Of a stretch of 64,000 nucleotides of DNA, positions 34,238 to 42,381 are shown one piece after another. A model generated the notes under the pieces. It was not told the origin of the DNA, made no database searches, and worked only from the letters and a program-made list of their open reading frames with translations. The position numbers and the translations under genes are program-made. The stretch's first letter is position 1; each line of letters starts with the position of its first letter. Source of the stretch: Arenicellales bacterium (GTDB lineage: Bacteria; Pseudomonadota; Gammaproteobacteria; Arenicellales; JAJDZL01); assembly GCA_965243305.1 (NCBI GenBank), contig CBDEUN010000001.1, positions 293,652 to 357,651 of the forward strand, in the 5' to 3' direction.

Positions 34238-34548
34238 CTTTTGGGCAGATCTGTAACAGGTAGTACATTACTGTGAATGGCCGTCTTGGCAATGGCGTGT
34301 GAGGACGTGGGGCTCGTGAAGAACAGAAAAATAAAGATCACCAAAAGTTTGAGAGAAACTAGAGTGAAACCGGAATCGATCATGAGACCGGTAATAATCA
34401 ATCCTGCACCGGCTGTGTCAGTGATCCCGGCTGCGTGAATTCTGCAAAACAGTTCTGGTAATCGAAGTACGCCAAATGCTCCGATAAGCACTGCAATAGA
34501 ACCGGTGACTAGAAAAATGTCTCTAATGATCGACTGAATCAGATCCAT
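34234..34548 (-). CDS. mrpG: Mrp-type antiporter subunit G
   Basis: 104 aa. VLRLPELFCRIHAAGITDTAG matches the MnhG/PhaG signature. Confidence 0.75.
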   Translation of the reverse strand: MDLIQSIIRDIFLVTGSIAVLIGAFGVLRLPELFCRIHAAGITDTAGAGLIITGLMIDSGFTLVSLKLLVIFIFLFFTSPTSSHAIAKTAIHSNVLPVTDLPKR

Positions 34549-34835
34549 CAGTGTCTTTCGTCCTCTGGCTGCTCGCCAACATGACCGAGGTCGCCGTACT
34601 CGAAATATTTCAGAATAGCGATGGTGGCGATGAAATTACACAGTGCATAGACGATCGCAATGTCGAGAAAGTCAGGTCGTTCTGTCAGAAAACCGTAAAG
34701 TGCGAGGACAAGCACTGTCTTGGTACCAAAATTATTGACTGCCAATATTCGATTGTAGATGTCTGGCCCAGCGAATGCCCTGATGAGCAAGAGGGCCATT
34801 CCCACTAGAACTGCAATTAGGGCGCCGGCAAACAT
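34548..34835 (-). CDS. mrpF: Mrp-type antiporter subunit F
   Basis: 95 aa and 3 TM helices. One-base overlap with subunit G. Position is between E and G. Confidence 0.65.
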   Translation of the reverse strand: MFAGALIAVLVGMALLLIRAFAGPDIYNRILAVNNFGTKTVLVLALYGFLTERPDFLDIAIVYALCNFIATIAILKYFEYGDLGHVGEQPEDERH

Positions 34836-34850
34836 ACGACAGGGTAAAGA

Positions 34851-35324
34851 TCAGTACTCGAGTTTTCGGACGCGGTCAGCCATTTCACCCCGTTCAAGCG
34901 GTTCCAGCATATCACCTCGCAAGGTATGAATTTCCAGTCTGGAATTTTCAGCTTCAATGGTTAGAGTGCCAGGAGTGAGAGTAATTGAGTTCGCGTATAT
35001 CACTTTTTGCATATCACTCATTTCGTCTGCTGGCAACCAGACAACTTTGGGGCTGATTCTGGACTTTGGGGTAAGAATGATTTTGCTAACGGCCCAGGTG
35101 GACAGCATGATTTCTTTGATCAGCCAAAACCAATAATAAATAATCCTCCAAGGGATTAAATGGATGGGATAGTCTTCATGGTCGACAATTTTCATACGAT
35201 GCGAGATTCTCAATACCCAGATACATGAAACAGCACCAAGAATTAGCAGTAAAGTTGTGTAGTGTCCGGAAAGGGCTAACCAGAACACAGCAAGAAAACA
35301 AAATGGCAGGATCAAGAACTTCAT
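34851..35324 (-). CDS. mrpE: Mrp-type antiporter subunit E
   Basis: 157 aa with two N-terminal TM helices and a soluble tail. It is the first gene of the operon. Confidence 0.7.
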   Translation of the reverse strand: MKFLILPFCFLAVFWLALSGHYTTLLLILGAVSCIWVLRISHRMKIVDHEDYPIHLIPWRIIYYWFWLIKEIMLSTWAVSKIILTPKSRISPKVVWLPADEMSDMQKVIYANSITLTPGTLTIEAENSRLEIHTLRGDMLEPLERGEMADRVRKLEY

Positions 35325-35547
35325 CGGCAGTAGATCAGTTTCTGAAGTTCGCGGATGTACACCATTAATCTAGTCATTAATCAATCAGAATTGACTTTAA
35401 ATTGCCAATAGTTGGATTGGCTTCATATGTGCAATTTTACCAATTGCTTCGTTATCTATTTGTTTGGAATGAACCAAATTCGAATTGCAAAATTAAAAAA
35501 TTACTCCTGATTTTTGCTCTTGCCTCTCGCGTTGACAGGTACACAAA

Positions 35548-36978
35548 TCAAAGATGGGTTACCTTTGGATTAATTGGAAGTTGCTTTGAAATTCCGGTTA
35601 ACTGCTCAAGTAGAAATCCGGCTGAGAGTATGGGTCCTTCATCTCTTGGCGGACCAACAATCTGCAGTCCCACTGGCAAGCCGTCGCGAGTGAATCCAGC
35701 TGGCACGGCCAGCACCGGACAACCTGTCAATGTAAGAGCAAAAGTAATTGCGAGCCATTCATAGTAGGTATCGAATGTGTGCTCTCCCAACGATTCGACA
35801 AATCTCATTTCAGAATTAAAGGGAGGCACAATTGCGCAGGGACAAATAAGTAGATCAAACTTGTCAAAAAATCGAATCACCTTCTGCAATATCTTGGCCT
35901 GCGTCAATTGTGCTTGTCCGATCACATCGGCCGTCAGTTTGAATCCCTTTTCAATATTCCAGACAACTTCCGGCTTCAACAGATGTTGGTGTTTTCTGTA
36001 TTCGCCCATTAGATTGGTGACGAATGAAGCGCCGCGCAATACATCGAAGCTTTCAATTGCACCGCTAAAGTTGGGGCTCATTTCTTCAACCGCTATGTTG
36101 AGTGTTTCGAATTTTTGAACAGCATCCTGGCAGATCTGAGCGACTTCCGGATCAATGACTGTAATTCCGAGGTCTGGCGTGTATCCTATTCGTCTTGGTT
36201 TGACTGGCTTGTCGATGTAGTCCATATATGGCTTTTGTGAAGCCGGGTAGCTCAATGGGTCTGACGGATGAAATCCGGACATTACATCTAGAAGAAGCGC
36301 TGCGTCACGACAGTTTCGAGCGATTGGACCTTGTACATGTAGGCAACTAAACGGTTCCTGGTTTCGACTTCTAGGGACTCTTCCCGGGCTGGGTCGCAAT
36401 CCGACCACAGAATTAAAGCTGGCAGGTGTCCTTAAACTTCCGCCAAGATCAGACCCGGTCGCTAGCCAAACTTCGCCTGATGCGATTGAAGCGCACGCGC
36501 CACCCGATGAACCTGCGACAGACTTACTGGTGTTCCAGGGGTTTCGTGTCACACCGAAAACTTCATTGAAAGTACTGGCACCTGCACCAAATTCTGGAGT
36601 GTTCGATTTGCCCATCATAATTGCGCCGCGGTACTCCAGTTTCTGTACCAGGATGTCTGATTTGGCAGGTATGTAGTCCTTGTAAATTGGTGAGCCAAAT
36701 GTTGTTCGAACGCCCTCGGTTTCAGTTAAGTCCTTGACTGAAATCGGTAATCCCCCCAGCCAGTCTCGAAACTCTGAATGACCGAATGGCTGCTGTCTTT
36801 CCAACTCCCTGGCTTTTTCCAGAGCCTGATCGATGCAAAGAGTCGGCATCGCATTAATGCTTGCTTCAACCTGTTCAATTCGCTCTGCCGAAGCAGTGAC
36901 GGCATCTACGGGGGAGATTTCCCGTGCCCTTAACAGATCAACAACTTCACATGCAGTTTTCGAGATAAGTTCATTCAT
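35548..36978 (-). CDS. Amidase-signature family amidase
   Basis: 476 aa. The AS motifs are ISVKDL (Lys) and GSSGGACASIASGE. Confidence 0.88.
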   Translation of the reverse strand: MNELISKTACEVVDLLRAREISPVDAVTASAERIEQVEASINAMPTLCIDQALEKARELERQQPFGHSEFRDWLGGLPISVKDLTETEGVRTTFGSPIYKDYIPAKSDILVQKLEYRGAIMMGKSNTPEFGAGASTFNEVFGVTRNPWNTSKSVAGSSGGACASIASGEVWLATGSDLGGSLRTPASFNSVVGLRPSPGRVPRSRNQEPFSCLHVQGPIARNCRDAALLLDVMSGFHPSDPLSYPASQKPYMDYIDKPVKPRRIGYTPDLGITVIDPEVAQICQDAVQKFETLNIAVEEMSPNFSGAIESFDVLRGASFVTNLMGEYRKHQHLLKPEVVWNIEKGFKLTADVIGQAQLTQAKILQKVIRFFDKFDLLICPCAIVPPFNSEMRFVESLGEHTFDTYYEWLAITFALTLTGCPVLAVPAGFTRDGLPVGLQIVGPPRDEGPILSAGFLLEQLTGISKQLPINPKVTHL

Positions 36979-37300
36979 GATGATTTTGACTACGAGTTTT
37001 TTTCTTACGTGTATTGGTATTGAATTGCTTTGTTAAAATCGAATGCATGGGATATTACCCACGTTCACTATTATGGTGTATCTCGTTTGGACTCATATGA
37101 ATCCTAAAAGAAATTTCTGCCGAAGCGAATAACAATTAGACTGAAACATTCGGTTCTGACAAAAAGTATATTTATCAGTCATTTGGTTCCAATCAGTTTG
37201 GACATCCGCGTTATGATTACAGTTTAATCTTTAGATCGGCTTCAATCGTTCGTTCGCCGTAGCGATAAGATCAAATCATCAACAAGTAAAAATTAGAGCA

Positions 37301-38284
37301 TTGAAAGTACAAGAATCATTTCCAGTAATTGATGCCCTGCAAGCTTCCAACTGGTCTCGGTCTCACTTCGAATCTTTGGTAAACTCCGGCGTAACTGCAG
37401 TACACGTTACCGTTGCGTTTTGGCACAGTTGCAGTGAAACACTGAAGCAAATCGGTAAGTGGAATCGTTGGTTTGAAGAACATAAGGATTTAATTTTGCG
37501 TGTAAATGACGCTGCTGACATCAAAAATGCTCATCAGACCGGTCGCACCGGCATTGTTCTAGGATTCCAGAATACCGCGCCAATCGGGGATGACTTTTCC
37601 TTAATCGAAATCTATCATCAGTTAGGCATACGCATCATGCAGTTAACCTACAACAACCAGAATCATATCGGTACCGGATGTTACGAAGAAAATGATGCAG
37701 GATTGACACGATTCGGCCGTATTGCTGTTCGGGAAATGAATCGTCTGGGAATAATTGTTGATGTTTCTCATACTTCCGAGCGAACCTGCTTCGATGCAAT
37801 AGAGTGCAGTGAACGTCCAATCGCAATCACCCATGCCAATCCGATCTCGTTCCGCAAGGTCGTTCGAAATAAGTCAGATGAGTTGCTTAAAGAGTTGGCA
37901 AGAACTGGTGGAATGCTGGGATTTAGTATTTATCCACTTCATCTGGCAAATGGCAGTGACTGCAAACTGGAAGAATTTTGCGACATGGTCTCAAGAACGG
38001 CGGATTTGATCGGAGTTGAGCATCTCGGACTGGGTTCGGATTTGTGTCTCGATTGGAGTAGCGATTATCTCAACTATATGAGAAGTGGCACGTGGGATGA
38101 TCAAATGAACAGTCAGTCTCAAGTTGAGTGGCCAGATTATCCATCTTGGTTCCAGAAAAATGAAGATTTGCAAAACGTCGCGAATGGTCTTGATACAGCA
38201 GGATTTTCTGATGGAGAAGTCAGGATGATTATGGGTGGTAACTGGTTTCGTTTTTTTGAGGAAGGACTGTCGCGCCAGAGTTAA
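37301..38284 (+). CDS. Membrane (renal-type) dipeptidase, peptidase family M19
   Basis: 327 aa with a TTG start. VDVSHTSERTCFDAIECSERPIAITHANP and LGSDL motifs fit the M19 fold. Confidence 0.85.
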   Translation: MKVQESFPVIDALQASNWSRSHFESLVNSGVTAVHVTVAFWHSCSETLKQIGKWNRWFEEHKDLILRVNDAADIKNAHQTGRTGIVLGFQNTAPIGDDFSLIEIYHQLGIRIMQLTYNNQNHIGTGCYEENDAGLTRFGRIAVREMNRLGIIVDVSHTSERTCFDAIECSERPIAITHANPISFRKVVRNKSDELLKELARTGGMLGFSIYPLHLANGSDCKLEEFCDMVSRTADLIGVEHLGLGSDLCLDWSSDYLNYMRSGTWDDQMNSQSQVEWPDYPSWFQKNEDLQNVANGLDTAGFSDGEVRMIMGGNWFRFFEEGLSRQS

Positions 38285-38310
38285 TCTTTGCTTATTCATT
38301 CGGTCGCACC

Positions 38311-40026
38311 TTGAAACATATCAACCAACAGTTCGGGCAGTTGCTTCGACCACCTGAAACAGTGATGAATTTGGAGCGTTTAGGTTCGTTTCATTCAAGT
38401 CGCTTGAGCTTTACCCGAACACTGGTACGACGGATGCATCGCGAAAAGTGGCGTTTCGAAATTTTCACAAATACACTCGATGAATCAGGTTACGGAACTT
38501 TAATTTATCTGATTCATACTGCTTCAGGTCCTGTTAGTTTTATTTCATTTGTTGATGAACTTGATGCTGCTGATCGCACTGATCGAGTGATTGCCGAGAA
38601 GTGGGATATGTGCTTTACACTGTTCAACGGAATCCCGAGTGATGCTGACATTAAACGGTTAACTCGGGAATTGCCGTACCAGGAAGCAGGACGCCTCAGT
38701 GAATCTGAACTGGTAATGAGCAGAGCCAACAAAAGTGTTCGTCTATTCAATTCAGTCATTGATTGCCTTGCCTCAGGTTTTCAACCGGATGCAGAGGAAA
38801 TTATGAAGATCGGATACCTGATTCGAACCACCGCTGTTTACGGAAACGGAAAATTCGGGGTGATGGATTTTCATGAGGTCAAGCAGTCAACGCCATTTGG
38901 TTTGCCGTTTCAGGCAGAAATGCTCACCGTTTATATGGCCAGACAGTTGAGTATTGATTTGGTTGAACATATTGCTAAGCAGCGCGATCAAGTCCGGGCA
39001 GTTGGGTTGTCGAGAGAACTAAAGCGGGCAATTGGAGTCGGAAATGCAACTGGCCTTGGAATGGCACCGTTTCTGATTGGTCATCCTCAACTGATTGGCC
39101 AGTGGATAAAAATCCGGGAGGCTGCAATACTAATAGCAAAATCCAGATCAAAAGTGACACGTCAGAAGTTGAATCACTTTAAGAAGTTGATTGAACGGGT
39201 TGAAGGTCATTTGGAGCAGTGGCAGACCGAAGATACAAGACAGGCGGAGCGGATTTTGGTACTAAAGGAGGAAATTACAAGACTCAAAATAGAGCTGAGA
39301 CAGATAAATGATGATCAATCGGCCTGGCAGCTTCTTTCAGAATGGGCGCAGCATAATACCAGTATGGAGTGCCAGGAGTTACTGAATAGTTTGATTCTTG
39401 AAATTTATCCACGTGAAATCAATGAACTCGAAAACATGATGGGGGTTGATGAATTCATTCATTTTGATCCATCTATGGGACTGGAAGAATTGAAGAACTG
39501 TATTGAAATGCGCTACGCGTGGGCACTAGATGTGGATTTTGAACATCCGGATTCTCAACATTATTTCTGGTACGTTTCACAGGAAAAAGAGGAACCGAGA
39601 CTAGGTAAACGCTATCTGGAACCTGGCTGTGAGTTAGAAATGAAGGTCGGAATTGCCAGAGATGTCAGTGCTTTGTTCAAGACCATACGCGATCTCGAAT
39701 CAATGGACAAATGCTTATCAGTAGCTGACTTATTGCGCCTGCATCCAAAATTTCGACATATCGTTTCTCGCATACAGTCCCTTACAGACTTCGAATATGC
39801 AGAGATTCAGAATAACCTGCTAGGCAGGGAATGTCTGCCTATCGATCTTCTTCGCTGCAAACTTGCAATATTCGGGGCGACTAGATTCGATCCGAAATCC
39901 AATCTCTGGACTCGGATCACGCTGTTTCAGGGTGCACCTCTGCACGATGAAATCGATCGTGATTTTGCGGACGATTGGGCCTTCCCTGTGGTACCAATGA
40001 CAACCACTGCGGTTGCTTCATCCTGA
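38311..40026 (+). CDS. Hypothetical protein, 571 aa, family not recognised
   Basis: Long uninterrupted ORF 26 nt after the dipeptidase stop. No TM helix, signal peptide or P-loop is seen. Its stop overlaps the start of the next ORF. Confidence 0.7.
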   Translation: MKHINQQFGQLLRPPETVMNLERLGSFHSSRLSFTRTLVRRMHREKWRFEIFTNTLDESGYGTLIYLIHTASGPVSFISFVDELDAADRTDRVIAEKWDMCFTLFNGIPSDADIKRLTRELPYQEAGRLSESELVMSRANKSVRLFNSVIDCLASGFQPDAEEIMKIGYLIRTTAVYGNGKFGVMDFHEVKQSTPFGLPFQAEMLTVYMARQLSIDLVEHIAKQRDQVRAVGLSRELKRAIGVGNATGLGMAPFLIGHPQLIGQWIKIREAAILIAKSRSKVTRQKLNHFKKLIERVEGHLEQWQTEDTRQAERILVLKEEITRLKIELRQINDDQSAWQLLSEWAQHNTSMECQELLNSLILEIYPREINELENMMGVDEFIHFDPSMGLEELKNCIEMRYAWALDVDFEHPDSQHYFWYVSQEKEEPRLGKRYLEPGCELEMKVGIARDVSALFKTIRDLESMDKCLSVADLLRLHPKFRHIVSRIQSLTDFEYAEIQNNLLGRECLPIDLLRCKLAIFGATRFDPKSNLWTRITLFQGAPLHDEIDRDFADDWAFPVVPMTTTAVASS

Positions 40027-40718
40027 TGCGCGATATCAGAGCTACGGTACAGCTTTCAAACAGTGAATGTTGTACCCTGACCAGGCGCGTTCTATCGGCA
40101 CTTGGATTCTCGCCAGGTGCTGATATCGAAATTGGAAATGCACTAGTCTGGCTTGCGGCAACAGACATATTTCCATTGAAGTATCTGGCCGATCTACTGC
40201 CTGAACTGCAACGTGAACCCGCAACTGAAAGCCTCAACATTCTGTCTTTGATTGAAACTCTTGATCGACTTGCTGCAGTTGCCGGTTCCTTGGATAAAGC
40301 CTGTACCGCGAGAGTAAAGAATTCAAAGGTAATCGCTTTGCTTTTGCCGCTTGCACTAGCCAGGTCTAAATTAAATCTCTGCTTTCTGTTGCAACTACCC
40401 AAGTCTCGAATCATCATCGAAAATGGTGAAATCTGGTCGGCTGAAGAAACGTTCTGGACTCGCGATTGGCAGGACTCTAAAGAGGTTTTGGTCGTGTGTG
40501 TGTCCAATCAAATGTCTTTAGACGTATCTTTGTTTGATAAGACAGGACTCAATTGGCACTTCAGTCAGTCAAAGCTTCAGAGCTTAAGTTCTCGGCGGAT
40601 CAATATCGACTTCGAAAGCTTACAGATATTGAAGAGAAAGGCGGCGGAGTCGTTTGTACCAAACAGTGACCTGTCAAGGGGCAGCGGTGCTGGGGCAGAA
40701 GTAGACGACAACGATTGA
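40026..40718 (+). CDS. Hypothetical protein, 230 aa (possibly DUF3726-like)
   Basis: ATG 40026 shares one base with the upstream TGA (TGATG). The C-terminal tail is SRGSGAGAEVDDND. The family assignment is from memory only. Confidence 0.6.
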   Translation: MRDIRATVQLSNSECCTLTRRVLSALGFSPGADIEIGNALVWLAATDIFPLKYLADLLPELQREPATESLNILSLIETLDRLAAVAGSLDKACTARVKNSKVIALLLPLALARSKLNLCFLLQLPKSRIIIENGEIWSAEETFWTRDWQDSKEVLVVCVSNQMSLDVSLFDKTGLNWHFSQSKLQSLSSRRINIDFESLQILKRKAAESFVPNSDLSRGSGAGAEVDDND

Positions 40719-40740
40719 TTGGCTGATCAATTGCCTATCT
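40638..40740 (+). repeat. Direct repeat copy A (functional 3' end of the 230-aa gene plus about 22 nt downstream)
   Basis: Hand alignment to 42279-42381 is ungapped. 62 of 81 coding positions are identical, and a 28-nt block (40696-40723) has a single mismatch. Confidence 0.8.
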
Positions 40741-41079
40741 TTTCGAAGGGGGTACGCAAATGCTTGACTCTTCATGACCTGATCAAACCTAGATAACGAC
40801 AGGCTTTTTTCAATCAGTGTCGAGTCTCGCTTGAAGAGCGGTGATGTGGAGGATGGCACAGATTTTCAGCAATTAATCAATGCGTACGTAACCACCTTTA
40901 CTTGCACAGGTCCTGTATTGTGGAATGTTGAGTTACAAACAATTTCGCAGGACACGAGACAGTTTGCTTCATATTATCCATAAACTTTCTCCGGTCCACT
41001 AAGCAACGCGCGACTCAGGTATAATCACAGACAAGCAGTATTTTTCTCAGCTACTTCAAGTCAGCGTACAATTTCCCAC

Positions 41080-41430
41080 ATGAATGAAGCAATTGCTTTT
41101 GACACACACCGTTACGTCAAGCGTTTGATCGCGAGTGGTTTCAGCGAACTGCAGGCTGAAACTCTGGCTGAAGAGCAAATAGAGTTTCTTAACGCCAACC
41201 TTGCAACTAAAGCGGATGTCGCACAGATTCATGCGGATATTGATGCGTTGCGCCAGGAAACCAAGGCTGGAATCGAGACGTTGCGTCAGGAGACCAAGGC
41301 TGGAATCGAGACGTTGCGTCAGGAGACCAAGGCTGATAACTCAAGGCTTAAGGCTGAGCTCATCAAATGGGCTTTCGCGGCACTAATCGCTCAGAGCGGT
41401 TTAATTATCACTGCGGTTAAACTATTGTGA
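41080..41430 (+). CDS. DUF1640-like coiled-coil protein with C-terminal TM helix
   Basis: 116 aa. The FDTHRYVKRLIASGFSELQAETLAEEQ N-terminus, a coiled-coil middle and the hydrophobic tail WAFAALIAQSGLIITAVKLL fit the family. Confidence 0.65.
   Translation: MNEAIAFDTHRYVKRLIASGFSELQAETLAEEQIEFLNANLATKADVAQIHADIDALRQETKAGIETLRQETKAGIETLRQETKADNSRLKAELIKWAFAALIAQSGLIITAVKLL
41248..41336 (+). repeat. In-frame 33-bp tandem repeat, 2.7 copies (LRQETKAGIET)
   Basis: Units are 41248-41280, 41281-41313 and a partial 41314-41336. Units 1 and 2 differ at 2 synonymous positions. Unit 3 is identical to unit 2 for 22 nt. Confidence 0.95.
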
Positions 41431-41690
41431 ATGCGCTGCCATCGATACTTACTAGCCGAAGAATTAATCGCCTCTAATCTGGACATTCCATCTCTATGTT
41501 CAAACCCTGATACCCGTCTACAGCTTCTATGTCAAAGGTGCTTAATTCAATAATTCCCAATGTGGACGACAAGAAGTATGGTCGCCAAGTTTCGCGGAAT
41601 CCAGTACTGTTTAAGAAGCTGAAGAATACCACAAGGAGAAGTGAACTTGGAGTGGGTTGCTGCGTCCTGTCGAACTAGGGGGTATTTGGA

Positions 41691-42200
41691 ATGCCGATCT
41701 GGAACTTGACAGAGAAGCAAACGCGAATATTGCAGAGCACTGGTATAGTGCTGTTTGGCTTAGCAGGTTTCATCCTGGTCATACTTTTGGTGTATAGAGA
41801 ATTTTGGATAGATGAACCGTTGATTTGCGGTAATATCGTTTTGCCTAAAGAAGGGAATTGTCCAAAAACAGTCCCCACTACATTGAGAATCGAGTCGGGT
41901 ACTTTAGGACCAATTGAGGCCATGGATAATAGTTCATGTAGAAAAAATCGAGGACACATCGATAGGCATGTTCAGTTTGAAAAAGCATTTACGGAACCTC
42001 CCAATGTCTTCGTGTCACTAACAAAAATTGATTATGTGATTGATGGTTGGAAAAATTCTAGGCCAAATAAAAATCTCCGTATTAAAGTAAATATTGTTCC
42101 AGAATCTATAACTAATCATGGATTCAATTACAATTTGAACACTTGGTGCGACACCGCTATCGCAGAGGCGCAAGCGTCTTGGATAGCTTATGGGCGTTAG
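41691..42200 (+). CDS. Membrane-anchored H-type lectin domain protein
   Basis: 169 aa with an N-terminal TM helix (IVLFGLAGFILVILLVY). The C-terminal V.F...F..PP.VFVSL..ID......R......I...GF......W.D......A.WIA.G pattern fits the H_lectin fold. Confidence 0.55.
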   Translation: MPIWNLTEKQTRILQSTGIVLFGLAGFILVILLVYREFWIDEPLICGNIVLPKEGNCPKTVPTTLRIESGTLGPIEAMDNSSCRKNRGHIDRHVQFEKAFTEPPNVFVSLTKIDYVIDGWKNSRPNKNLRIKVNIVPESITNHGFNYNLNTWCDTAIAEAQASWIAYGR

Positions 42201-42278
42201 GAATTTCAAATAAGAAACAGGTGATTGAGTACATTAGATGTCCGGTTCAGAAAACGAATAAAAACAATTACTTATACG

Positions 42279-42381
42279 AAGTCGGCGGATTCGTTCGTGC
42301 TAAACCATGACCTATCAGGACGCGGTAATGTTGGATCAGAAGTAGACGACAATGATTGATTGGCAAATCAGTCGCTTACTT
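42279..42381 (+). pseudogene. Direct repeat copy B: orphan, diverged 3' fragment of the 230-aa gene
   Basis: It translates to KSADSFVLNHDLSGRGNVGSEVDDND*, against KAAESFVPNSDLSRGSGAGAEVDDND* at 40638-40718. There is no upstream ORF body. It abuts the GMC oxidoreductase stop. Confidence 0.75.

Noticed and set aside
35402-35764. 120-aa plus-strand ORF overlapping the 3' end of the amidase gene
   Set aside because: It is antisense to a strongly supported amidase CDS. It starts in AT-rich intergenic DNA, and its composition looks like a frame artefact.
41248-41336. Tandem 33-bp repeats as a mini CRISPR array
   Set aside because: The units are contiguous with no spacers. They are in frame within a coiled-coil CDS and lack palindromic structure.
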